64,000 nt of DNA from Saprospiraceae bacterium (GCA_016714025.1 JADJOB010000001.1:405197-469196), one strand, 5' to 3'. Positions 38,924-48,079 are shown, counted from the stretch's first letter. Numbers and translations are program-made. The notes: generated from the letters alone by a model not told the origin.

Positions 38924-40861
38924 TTATTCAGTATAAACGATCAGAACCACCTGATCCGTATTGGTAGTCCATTTTAAACTTACCGGAACCTCTGAATTTT
39001 CATTGATTTGATTTTGCGATACGCCATATACCTGCATTAACTTTTTTAAAGTATGAATTCTCTTGTCTGTTGAAACTACATCAGTTGGGCTTTGTGTCCC
39101 TTTTACAAATGAAATGCGTAATTTTCTGTTTTGCTTAACAGTCGTACTAAGCAGAGCCATGAGATTTGCCCCCGATCCCTTTATAGCATAACTGCCGGAA
39201 TCAAATAAGTCTGCCCATGGAATCTGTATAAATCCCTGTTCTTTAGAGGAAGTGGTTTCAAATTCGAGCTTAGGATTGGTTTTTATCAATGTTTTTAGTT
39301 GAGCTATAACAGGTTCACCCAATCTCTTTTTACTTGCATCCCCGGTTGGTTTCTGAACAGGCTGTTGCTCCACTTCATCAACATGAATTTCTTTTTGCTC
39401 TTGCTTGGCTTCAACACGGGGTGCTGCTTCTTTTTGATTATTCGTTGTGTTTTGTGGGGTAATATGTTGTTGCAATTGCTTGTTAGACTCCTCTAGCTTC
39501 TTGATTTTTACATTCAAACTATCCAGACTGGATTGTTTGTTTTTTAATCTCGAATTGGCTATACTTAATTCTTCTGAATGCATTTTCTTCAAACGAAGCA
39601 ATTCGGCTTGTTGTAATTGAATACTGTCCTTCATTCGATCGAATGATTTTAATTCAAGTTTCAATTGCTTTAGTTGCTGTTGCGCTTGCTCCTTTTCTTG
39701 TGCAAGGATTTCCATCTTATCTAGCAATTCTTGATTCTTTCTTTTTAATGCCATTAAATCCATCTCCTGGATTTTCCTGATCGAATCGGCTTGCTCTAAA
39801 TTCATAGACCTGTCAGACTCCACATGAATTTGTGCTTCCGCTTTCATCAATTTGTTTTCCAAGGCTGCACGATCGGTCTGTTGTTTTTGAATTTGTTGAT
39901 TTTTATCTTCTATGATTTCATTTAAGACCTTAATCGTGCTGAGCTGTTGATTAAGTTCTTCCTGAACTGATTTCAAGCTTGCTTCATTGACTGAAGTGGA
40001 TTTCACAGCTTTTAAATTCTTTAATTCTTGTTGCGTTTGTTCGTTTTCAGTTTTAATTGCCGCCAGAGCTTCCTGCGATTTTTGAATTTCCTTGTCTTTC
40101 AATTGAACGGTTTCAAGCATTTGTGCATTGAGTCGATTCAGTTCATCTAAATTCGCTTTCAACTGGTTGATTTCAGTCTTTAACTCAGATTCCTGTAACT
40201 TTTGATCAATACCTTTGGATGCATTTAATGCTTCTGATTCTTGTTTTGCTTCATTCAATTCGTATTGCAATTGTTTAATCCGAACTTCCCCATACTGAAT
40301 TTGTGAAGTCATTGAATCCAGCAGACTATTGGATGCTGCCAATTTCTTATCTTGTATAACCTGGTTTGCTTTTTCTTTTGCAACTGCATTTTTTAAAGCG
40401 ACGATTTCCTTATTTAAACTGTCTAATTTTTTAGCGGTTGACTTCTTTGGTTCTTTTGATTTTAACAGTTTTTCGTATTTTTCATTCAATTGTTCATAAT
40501 TAATTCTTGCTTGAACTAACTGGTCATTGAGCCGTTTCATCTCAAGCATTTGGCTTTCCTGAATGGTGGATTCTTGTTGTTCGTTTACTAATGGATTGGT
40601 TTTGGCAATTGAATCTGATTTCTCAGAACCCTGATTGTACTTCAAATAAAATTCAATCAATACATTTTCTGTTTTTTGCAATTGAAGCTTGGTCGTTTCA
40701 AGATCCTGAGCAATTACTTCAAAGCTATCCTTATTTATTTGACTTTCCTTGAGTTGTATTGCCAATTGATCCCGTTCAGATCGTACTGAATGATAACGGG
40801 AACTTGAAACACAAGCCCATAAATTCAATCCTGCACATAAAAGGAATAGTTTGGAATACAT
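38924..40861 (-). CDS. coiled-coil lipoprotein with degenerate OmpA-like C-terminal domain
   Basis: 645 aa with the lipobox 'LCAGLNLWAC' and about 450 aa of Q/E/K/L-rich heptad-type sequence. The C-terminal 'LFDSGSYAIKGSGANLMALLS' is OmpA_C-like. Confidence 0.6.
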   Translation of the reverse strand: MYSKLFLLCAGLNLWACVSSSRYHSVRSERDQLAIQLKESQINKDSFEVIAQDLETTKLQLQKTENVLIEFYLKYNQGSEKSDSIAKTNPLVNEQQESTIQESQMLEMKRLNDQLVQARINYEQLNEKYEKLLKSKEPKKSTAKKLDSLNKEIVALKNAVAKEKANQVIQDKKLAASNSLLDSMTSQIQYGEVRIKQLQYELNEAKQESEALNASKGIDQKLQESELKTEINQLKANLDELNRLNAQMLETVQLKDKEIQKSQEALAAIKTENEQTQQELKNLKAVKSTSVNEASLKSVQEELNQQLSTIKVLNEIIEDKNQQIQKQQTDRAALENKLMKAEAQIHVESDRSMNLEQADSIRKIQEMDLMALKRKNQELLDKMEILAQEKEQAQQQLKQLKLELKSFDRMKDSIQLQQAELLRLKKMHSEELSIANSRLKNKQSSLDSLNVKIKKLEESNKQLQQHITPQNTTNNQKEAAPRVEAKQEQKEIHVDEVEQQPVQKPTGDASKKRLGEPVIAQLKTLIKTNPKLEFETTSSKEQGFIQIPWADLFDSGSYAIKGSGANLMALLSTTVKQNRKLRISFVKGTQSPTDVVSTDKRIHTLKKLMQVYGVSQNQINENSEVPVSLKWTTNTDQVVLIVYTE

Positions 40862-40966
40862 AATCTAATAGCGGATGATTCCACAAATTTACCAGCTTTA
40901 GGCTAATTTTTTTGACATTCCGAATCGACCGTATGAACTATTCCTTTCATTTTCAGTTATTTTGTA

Positions 40967-42193
40967 TTGAAAATACAGACTTGCTTGGAAGTTGTTTTAT
41001 CTAAATCCCCGTATACATTTAAAATGTTTGATGCCATATCAAGCATTTCTGCTATTTGGGATCAAATTCCTGCAACCAGCCGTCTTTTAAGTTCGGAGTA
41101 CCTGGACATCCTCGAGCGATTTCCCCCGGAATCCATGAAATTCCGCTATGTTTTGGTTTATAAAAGCTCCAAATTGGTGGCCTGCCTCTATTTTCAAATT
41201 GTACCATTTAAAGCAGCAGATCGCTTAAAAATGGAAAATGCGCCTAAAAAAAGTTTGGTTTCTTGTTTTTATACGCAAATCAAAAAACTTGTTGCCAAAC
41301 AAGTAGATTTTGTAACCCTGATCAATGGCAATTTACTATCAACCGGCCCGTATGGTTTTAAATTACACCCTGATTTAGCTAATTCTGAATTTCAACAAAT
41401 TTTTGATTCGCTATTACAGGTACTTTTTAAACAACACGAACACATTGATTATGCCAATCTCTGCTTGTTAAAAGAATTGCCACCCCAACAGGCCTTTAAC
41501 ACCAATGCAGAAGACTGTTTTTCAAATTTACATCCGTTTTTAATTCAACCTTCCATGATGCTTCATTTAAATGCTGAATGGAAATCACTCAACGATTACA
41601 TTGCAGCATTGCAATCCAAATACAGACTGCGTATTAAAAAAGCACTTCAGGCCGGAGCATCCCTCACTCATAAAGAATTTGATCTCGAACAACTAGCTGA
41701 TTACCATTCAGCCATTTATCAACTCTATTTAAACACTGCTGATGGCGCAGATTTTAATTTGGTAAAATTGAATCCAAATTATTTTCTTGAGTTAAAACGT
41801 CAATTGGGAACTCGTTATCGCATCTTTGGTTTTTTTCATGACAACGAACTCATTGCATTTTATTCTTTGATTGATGATGGCCAACAGCTTTTAGGACATT
41901 TTCTCGGAACGATGAAAGAGAATAACCTGCGTTATCAGGTTTATTTTAATATCTTAATTAAATTTATTGAAATAGCCATTCAAGGGAATTTTAAAGAAAT
42001 CAATCTTGCACGAACTGCCATTGAAATTAAAAGTTCGGTCGGTGCGGTGCCCGTTGACCTTGTATGCTATTTGACACATCGCAATCGAATTGTAAATCAT
42101 TTAGTTCCTAACCTTATCCAATATTTAAAACCGGATGAACAATTTACAATTCGAAAGCCTTTCAAAAAAGCATCTGATACCCCATCATCGTAA
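40967..42193 (+). CDS. hypothetical protein, possibly GNAT/FemAB-like acyltransferase fold
   Basis: 408-aa ORF that starts at TTG; the true start may be the downstream ATG (MFDAISS). The family assignment rests only on a weak overall resemblance. Confidence 0.35.
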   Translation: MKIQTCLEVVLSKSPYTFKMFDAISSISAIWDQIPATSRLLSSEYLDILERFPPESMKFRYVLVYKSSKLVACLYFQIVPFKAADRLKMENAPKKSLVSCFYTQIKKLVAKQVDFVTLINGNLLSTGPYGFKLHPDLANSEFQQIFDSLLQVLFKQHEHIDYANLCLLKELPPQQAFNTNAEDCFSNLHPFLIQPSMMLHLNAEWKSLNDYIAALQSKYRLRIKKALQAGASLTHKEFDLEQLADYHSAIYQLYLNTADGADFNLVKLNPNYFLELKRQLGTRYRIFGFFHDNELIAFYSLIDDGQQLLGHFLGTMKENNLRYQVYFNILIKFIEIAIQGNFKEINLARTAIEIKSSVGAVPVDLVCYLTHRNRIVNHLVPNLIQYLKPDEQFTIRKPFKKASDTPSS

Positions 42194-42214
42194 TTTATGA
42201 TTCCACGCTGCTTT

Positions 42215-42450
42215 ATCTCCTCTTCCTCTGTGTTCCTCACTCTGTGATCTTAGTGTGCAATAAATTAGTTGATAGGTGATAGGTGATAGGTGATAGTTGA
42301 TAGTAAGAACATACATTTTTCTTGCGTCTCTGCGTCTCTGCGTCTCTGCGTGAAAATTCTTTAAACCAAAGACCACGAAGAAAATACACACGAAGAAATA
42401 CAAAGTTAATCTCCTCCTCTTCCGTTTTCCTCCCTCTGTGATTTTCGCGT
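42215..42450. repeat. composite short-tandem-repeat region
   Basis: Direct repeats of about 43 bp lie at 42215-42257 and 42408-42450. They flank (GGTGATA/GTTGATA)x5 at about 42268-42304, (TGCGTCTC)x3.5 at about 42323-42352, and cacgaagaaa(a)taca x2 at about 42374-42403. Confidence 0.85.
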
Positions 42451-42542
42451 TAAACTCTTCTATCACAAAGTCCACAATCAATTTGTTGCGTTAATCTCCT
42501 GTTAAATGAAGGATTCCCACCCTTTTAGTTTTTTTAGACCGG

Positions 42543-42550
42543 TACTTTTG
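42543..42550 (+). promoter_or_regulatory. Bacteroidota -7 promoter box (TAnnTTTG)
   Basis: 'tacttttg' lies 19 nt upstream of the ATG at 42570. Confidence 0.45.
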
Positions 42551-42569
42551 TAAACGATTCTCTAAGTCC

Positions 42570-43151
42570 ATGAATAAAACCAATTGTTTACTTTCCGTTT
42601 TCCTGAGCTTGTTTCTGAATTTGCTTTCCGCCCAAGAAACGGTCACCGGACTGTTACACTTTAAAAATCAACGATTTCAATTTGAAAATGGGGATTCCCT
42701 GGTTTTAGATCCCGATAAACAGTTAATCGTATTGCTGTTTCATGCCGAACAAGATACGATTGGCTTGGATCCCGGTTTGTCAACCGAAGGACGATGGCGA
42801 GCAATAAATTTGTTGCGCATCATGAAAACCATTGATTTTGGCGCATTTTTCACAACCCCATTTCGCAACAACATCCTCACTTTACAACCCCTGGTGGATT
42901 ACAAGAAAACCCAGCCAAGATATTACGATCAATCTGATATTCAGGTACTTATAAAGGAAATAGCGAATTTATCTCCTTATCCAATCATGGTGATGGTTCA
43001 TCCGGAAACAGTTGGCCTTATATTTGAGCGTATTACGCAATCTAAGTTAACTATGGACTTAAGTACAAATCGATCTGATAAAATCATCCTGATTCAGCGA
43101 GACCGGAAACAGGGAATTTTGTGGAAAGCTTGTACCTACAAGGTCCGTTAA
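42570..43151 (+). CDS. hypothetical secreted protein (possibly degenerate histidine-phosphatase fold)
   Basis: 193 aa with a signal peptide. 'LLFHAEQD' sits where an RHG-type motif would be, but it lacks the Arg. The gene is 10 nt upstream of valS. Confidence 0.4.
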   Translation: MNKTNCLLSVFLSLFLNLLSAQETVTGLLHFKNQRFQFENGDSLVLDPDKQLIVLLFHAEQDTIGLDPGLSTEGRWRAINLLRIMKTIDFGAFFTTPFRNNILTLQPLVDYKKTQPRYYDQSDIQVLIKEIANLSPYPIMVMVHPETVGLIFERITQSKLTMDLSTNRSDKIILIQRDRKQGILWKACTYKVR

Positions 43152-43161
43152 TAAAAATTTT

Positions 43162-45795
43162 ATGGAATTAGAAACCCGATTTAAACCGGGGAGCATTGAA
43201 TCAAAATGGTATGATTGGTGGCTTCAACGGAATTATTTTTCATCCAAACCAGATGAACGGGTCCCGTTTTCAATAGTGATCCCACCTCCCAATGTGACGG
43301 GAGTGCTCCACATGGGTCACATGCTCAACAATACAATTCAAGATGTCTTGATACGGCGAGCCCGTCAAAATGGAATGAATGCCTGTTGGGTACCCGGAAC
43401 CGACCATGCTTCCATTGCAACCGAAGCGAAAGTAGTCCAAATGCTTCGTGAAAAAGGAATCAAAAAATCTGACATTACCAGAGATGAGTTCATGAAATAT
43501 GCCTGGGAATGGAAAGAAAAATACGGGGGCATCATACTCGAGCAATTAAAAAAACTTGGTGCATCCTGCGACTGGGATCGGACTTCATTTACCATGGATC
43601 CGGTGCGCTCAGAAGCTGTAATCAGTGCTTTTGTCGATTTATATAACAAAGGAAAACTATACCGCGGCAAACGCATGGTTCACTGGGATCCGGAAGCAAA
43701 AACCGTTTTGTCCAGCGAAGAAGTCTTGCATCATGACGAACAAGCGAGTTTGTTTCACATCCTGTATAAACTGGAAGGTTCGGATACAGAAGGAATTGTA
43801 ATCGCAACACAACGTCCGGAAACCATCATGGCAGATACTGCTGTGTGTGTGCATCCGGATGATCCACGATACACTGCCTTTCATGGCAAAAAAGTGATTT
43901 TACCTTTATTAAACAAAGCCATTCCGGTAATAACAGATACGTACATTGATCGTGAATTTGGAACCGGCGCATTAAAAGTGACTCCTGCTCATGATCCCAA
44001 CGATTATGAAATTGGATTGCGTCATGGATTGGAAGTCATTGATTGTTTGAATGAAGATGGAACACTAAGCAAAGAAGCCATCATCCTGGTCGGTGAAGAC
44101 CGCTTTGTTGCACGTAAAAAAATAAAACCGCTGCTTGAAGAAGCCGGTGTCTTAATTAAAATTGAAAACTACACCACCAGCATTGGTCGAAGTGAACGCA
44201 CGAATGCAGTGGTCGAACCACGATTGAGTTTGCAGTGGTATGTTAAAATGGGCGAATTGGCCAAACCTGCATTGGAAGCAGTTATGGACGATTCCATCCA
44301 GTTTACTCCAGAACATTTTAAAAATACTTATAGACATTGGATGGATACCATCCGCGATTGGTGCATTTCACGTCAATTGTGGTGGGGCCATCGGATTCCA
44401 GCCTGGTATTATGGGGAAGAAGTCTTCGTTGCAAAAACAGCAGAAGAAGCATTGGCCCAGGCTCAGCAAAAGACTGGCAATTTATCACTTCAACTTTCCG
44501 ATTTACAGCAAGATGAGGATGTGTTGGATACCTGGTTTTCATCCTGGCTTTGGCCTATTTCTGTATTTGATGGAAATAATAATTCAGAGGATTTTAAATA
44601 CTATTATCCTACTTCGGTGTTAGTGACCGGATGGGATATTATTTTTCTGTGGGTTGCACGGATGGTTATGGCCGGTTATGAATGGAAAGGACAATTGCCT
44701 TTTCACAAAGTTTATTTTACCGGGATGGTACGCGATAAACTGCGCAGAAAGATGAGTAAGTCATTGGGAAATTCACCCGATGCACTGCAACTGATTGAAG
44801 ATTTTGGTGCCGATGGCGTGCGATTTGGAATGTTGGCTTGTTCGCCGGCAGGTGGGGATTTATTGTTTGATGAAAAACTGTGCGAACAAGGACGCAATTT
44901 TTCCAATAAGATGTGGAATGCACTTCGACTGATAAAAGGTTGGACTCCTGATAATTCAAAACAAGCAAATGATGGAGATCAACTGCTGATGGAATGGATG
45001 GAGAGCAAATTGAATGCTGTATTGCTAGAGCAAAAGCAGTATTTCGAACAACTTAAATTATCAGAAGCAATTAAAACCCTTTACAATTTCATCTGGGAAG
45101 ATTTTTGTGGATTTTTATTAGAGGCTGCAAAGCCTGCCAGTCAAGAAAACATTTCCGGGGAATTGTACACTAAAATCATTGAAGTGTATGAAAAAATCTG
45201 CATCGTCCTACATCCGTTTATGCCATTCATCACCGAAGAAATCTGGCACGGATTAAAAACCAGAAACGAAGGCGAAGATTGCATTGTAGCATCGATGCCA
45301 AGCCAGGGAGCAGTCAACGCAGAACTACTTGCAAACATGACCGAATTGCGAACTGTCCTCAGTCAAATTCGCGAATTGCGAAATAAATACGGTGTGAAAA
45401 TGAATATCTCCGTTCCCTTGCACATCATGAAAAACGACCAAACCAATTTATTAGCAATCTCCGGAGCCTCCAGTTTATTGAAAAAGATGGCAGTATTAAC
45501 GGAGATCCTGCAAACCGATCAGGAAATAGAAGCAGCCCAATCCTTTATGGGAATGCGCCAAAAGTATTTTGTACAACTCCCCGTTGAATTAGACATAGAA
45601 GCTGAAAAAACTGAATTGCTAAAAGAGATCAGCTATCAGGAAGGATTTATAAACAGCGTCCTCAAAAAATTAGAAAATGAACGCTTCGTTGCCTCTGCAC
45701 CAAAAGACCTGGTAGCTAAAGAACGCAAAAAACTGGAAGACGGACAAAGCCGATTGATTGCGTTGAAAGAAAGACTGGAGTCAATTACGAATTAA
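43162..45795 (+). CDS. valS: valine--tRNA ligase
   Basis: 877 aa with the HIGH region 'PPPNVTGVLHMGH', the motif 'KMSKSLGN' and a C-terminal coiled coil. Confidence 0.97.
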   Translation: MELETRFKPGSIESKWYDWWLQRNYFSSKPDERVPFSIVIPPPNVTGVLHMGHMLNNTIQDVLIRRARQNGMNACWVPGTDHASIATEAKVVQMLREKGIKKSDITRDEFMKYAWEWKEKYGGIILEQLKKLGASCDWDRTSFTMDPVRSEAVISAFVDLYNKGKLYRGKRMVHWDPEAKTVLSSEEVLHHDEQASLFHILYKLEGSDTEGIVIATQRPETIMADTAVCVHPDDPRYTAFHGKKVILPLLNKAIPVITDTYIDREFGTGALKVTPAHDPNDYEIGLRHGLEVIDCLNEDGTLSKEAIILVGEDRFVARKKIKPLLEEAGVLIKIENYTTSIGRSERTNAVVEPRLSLQWYVKMGELAKPALEAVMDDSIQFTPEHFKNTYRHWMDTIRDWCISRQLWWGHRIPAWYYGEEVFVAKTAEEALAQAQQKTGNLSLQLSDLQQDEDVLDTWFSSWLWPISVFDGNNNSEDFKYYYPTSVLVTGWDIIFLWVARMVMAGYEWKGQLPFHKVYFTGMVRDKLRRKMSKSLGNSPDALQLIEDFGADGVRFGMLACSPAGGDLLFDEKLCEQGRNFSNKMWNALRLIKGWTPDNSKQANDGDQLLMEWMESKLNAVLLEQKQYFEQLKLSEAIKTLYNFIWEDFCGFLLEAAKPASQENISGELYTKIIEVYEKICIVLHPFMPFITEEIWHGLKTRNEGEDCIVASMPSQGAVNAELLANMTELRTVLSQIRELRNKYGVKMNISVPLHIMKNDQTNLLAISGASSLLKKMAVLTEILQTDQEIEAAQSFMGMRQKYFVQLPVELDIEAEKTELLKEISYQEGFINSVLKKLENERFVASAPKDLVAKERKKLEDGQSRLIALKERLESITN

Positions 45796-46061
45796 GAATT
45801 AAGAATTATGAATGAAGAATTATGGGAGCGTAGCATACATCCCGTGTACCCGTTAGGATAATTAAGAATTAATAATTATGGGAACTTAGCGTATATCTAG
45901 TGAGCTGTCGGGAAGAATACGATGAACAGATTGGACCTTAACCATAATTTGCAAAAGTAATATAGGCCACCAAGTGGAAATTTGGTAAACATAAAAAACA
46001 GGATTAAGGATAATACACTAAGGAAAAATAATTCTTAATTTTTAATTCTTAATTCTTAATT
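45789..46061. repeat. MITE-like composite repeat bounded by 18-bp perfect inverted heptad arrays
   Basis: The sequence aattaagaattaagaatt at 45790-45807 overlaps the valS stop. Its exact reverse complement lies at 46044-46061. Inside are the core 'gggagcgtagcatacatcccgtgtac' (about 45824-45849) and a degenerate second copy (about 45879-45905). Confidence 0.8.
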
Positions 46062-46065
46062 AAAA

Positions 46066-46087
46066 AAGGACTTCTTTCGAAGTCCTT
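46066..46087. terminator. hairpin terminator (either orientation)
   Basis: The hairpin is aaggacttc-tttc-gaagtcctt, a 9-bp stem. An A-run lies upstream (a T-run on the minus strand) and T-rich sequence lies downstream. Confidence 0.6.
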
Positions 46088-46447
46088 TCTATGTTGTTTA
46101 GGGTGCTCTACAGTTCTTATCTGTGAGATTGGTGTTTCTTGATTAATTACCTTACAAAGATTGTACGATTGCATACAGAAAACAATCGGTAAAAAGGCCC
46201 ATTTTTCAAAATGGTTATTTTGGACTATTGCATACTCTAAAAGCTGTTTTAAATTATATGGGGAATAAATTCACTCCGAATTTGAACCCGTGTTTCTATG
46301 TGAATTTTAAGCTCATTTGAATTGTTTCGTCCAAATGGACCAATTGCACTACTCCTTTAGGAGTATTTTAAAAGATTCTAAATGACTTAGAATGCAATTT
46401 TACAGGTTTTTACATATTACAATAATATATATGTAAAAATACTTAGA

Positions 46448-46478
46448 TTGCAATGCCAAATTTTTATAGCTATATTTG
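46448..46478 (+). promoter_or_regulatory. putative promoter of the 46.5-kb cassette (-33 TTG / -7 TAnnTTTG)
   Basis: 'tatatttg' is at about 46471-46478, with 'ttg' about 20 nt upstream. The site is 43 nt before the ATG at 46522. Confidence 0.45.
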
Positions 46479-46521
46479 GAATTGTTAAACCATTTTTCAA
46501 TAACCAAATAAAAAAAATAAT

Positions 46522-47025
46522 ATGGCTAAAATTGTTGAATTAAATGAATGTTATGGGCGATCCCCATCAATTACTGATCCAAAACAAGTACGAGGTTCAG
46601 TAAAAATTATTAAAGTTGAATTAGATTTTAGTAATACAAGTAAGATATTAGGTGGAGAATTTATTTCTCAAGATGATGCCACTTCATACATGTCTCAATG
46701 GAAAGAATTCAGAAATGACTTTAATGAATTTATAGAAATGTCAAAAGTCCCTTCAAGGTATACAGATTGGCAAAATGATATTCATCAAATTAGAGATCGA
46801 TTAAGTGAATACGAATTAATTGATTACGAATCATTTGAACCTAGTTTTGTAAAAAATTTTATTAATCTTCTTGACAAGAAAAAAAATCAAAAAATTCGTA
46901 TTTGCAATGGAATAAAAAGATTAGATCAAATTACTTCACAAGAAACCAGAGATTACTTGTGTAAACGAAAAAAGAATAAAATGAGTTGTATTGTAATTGT
47001 AGTTTCAAATATTAAAAAAATTTAA
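46522..47025 (+). CDS. hypothetical protein (167 aa)
   Basis: This ATG-initiated ORF in an AT-rich cassette has a K-rich C-terminus. No motif recognised. Confidence 0.55.
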   Translation: MAKIVELNECYGRSPSITDPKQVRGSVKIIKVELDFSNTSKILGGEFISQDDATSYMSQWKEFRNDFNEFIEMSKVPSRYTDWQNDIHQIRDRLSEYELIDYESFEPSFVKNFINLLDKKKNQKIRICNGIKRLDQITSQETRDYLCKRKKNKMSCIVIVVSNIKKI

Positions 47026-47037
47026 TAAATAAAAATC

Positions 47038-47427
47038 ATGAAAAACAATATTAATAATAATATTTCACTTCCAGATGCACAAAGGATGATTGAAGATTAT
47101 AAATATCTTCACGGTACCGATTCTGATTTCCTAGCTTCAGAATATTATAATCTAGAATTTTTAAAATCCATAATAAATCATCCTCGTTGTAAGGGAATAC
47201 GCGTTTTTAATGCCATCAAAACAGAAGGAGAAAAAAAACAAAACCGACTGATTGTGGTAGGCGTTGATGAACACGAAAAAATCATTGTTCCAAAAAACAA
47301 TAACATAGCAGGAGTATCTGCTGCTGGTTTAGGTCTGAGTTTAGGTTTTGTTGAAACGGTTGTTGGAGTTGCTGAACACGGACGTCCTTGTCCTCCAGAT
47401 TGCCTTAAAGCAGAAAAAATATTCTAG
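47038..47427 (+). CDS. hypothetical protein (129 aa)
   Basis: ORF located 12 nt after the previous gene. It has a Gly/Ala/Val-rich hydrophobic segment 'GVSAAGLGLSLGFVETVVGVA' followed by 'HGRPCPPDC'. No family recognised. Confidence 0.55.
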   Translation: MKNNINNNISLPDAQRMIEDYKYLHGTDSDFLASEYYNLEFLKSIINHPRCKGIRVFNAIKTEGEKKQNRLIVVGVDEHEKIIVPKNNNIAGVSAAGLGLSLGFVETVVGVAEHGRPCPPDCLKAEKIF

Positions 47428-47434
47428 AATCCAA

Positions 47435-48079
47435 ATGGATATTCTTGATATTTCTACCTATTCTCAATATTTGTCTTTCCTTTTAGGTATTTATGCATAT
47501 TTCAAAAAGAATATGCATAAATACCTAAATTTTTTACTTGTTGCAATTACGATTGGCACAATAGCGGAAATTGTAAACCCTATCTTACGAAATCTAGGTA
47601 TGAAAAATATCTTAAGTATGAATATTTACACTTTTCTTAATTGTCTTGTATTCATATTTTTATATAAAAAAACAAAAACAATCTCAGAAAAATGGTTTTG
47701 GATACTTAATTCAGTTTTTATAATAGGAAGTTGCTATTCCATTTATTTCCAGGGTGTGCTAAACCAATTGAACACTATTTTAATTGTATTTGCCAATTTT
47801 ATTCTGATGTTTCTTTCAGCAAAATCTTTGATCAAAATGACAAATGGAGACGTTGAACATTTATTTCTTCAACCATTGTTTTGGTTATCTGCAAATCTAT
47901 TAATGTTTAGTACAGCCTCCAATATTGTTTACAGCATTTTTCCAAACAGTTTGTATTATGACAATAATTTATTCTATAATCAGATCTGGACAGTTTTTAG
48001 TGTACTTAATATAATCTACAATTTACTTTTCGCTTACGTATTTATATGTCATCTCAGGAATCCCTCTTATACCCAATAA
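47435..48079 (+). CDS. polytopic membrane protein (putative sensor module)
   Basis: The preferred start is MDILDIS (47435); the tracked ORF begins at 47348, inside the previous gene. It is about 214 aa with 6-7 TM helices. Its 3' end overlaps the kinase gene by 34 nt. Confidence 0.6.
   Translation: MDILDISTYSQYLSFLLGIYAYFKKNMHKYLNFLLVAITIGTIAEIVNPILRNLGMKNILSMNIYTFLNCLVFIFLYKKTKTISEKWFWILNSVFIIGSCYSIYFQGVLNQLNTILIVFANFILMFLSAKSLIKMTNGDVEHLFLQPLFWLSANLLMFSTASNIVYSIFPNSLYYDNNLFYNQIWTVFSVLNIIYNLLFAYVFICHLRNPSYTQ

Noticed and set aside
42185-42481. 98-aa minus-strand ORF (…HAETQRRRDARK…)
   Set aside because: It lies entirely within tandem and direct repeats. Its low-complexity translation is dictated by the repeat units, and it has no plausible start context. 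It is treated as a repeat artefact.
43270-45338. About ten 60-130-aa ORFs on both strands inside valS
   Set aside because: They are embedded in, or antisense to, a full-length and motif-complete valS. Their composition is typical of shadow ORFs.
46090-46447. Minus-strand small RNA terminating at the 46066-46087 hairpin, which is followed by a T-run on the minus strand
   Set aside because: I found no CAAAnnTA (a reverse-strand TAnnTTTG box) in the region. The hairpin can equally serve as the valS terminator, and without expression data this is unsupported.
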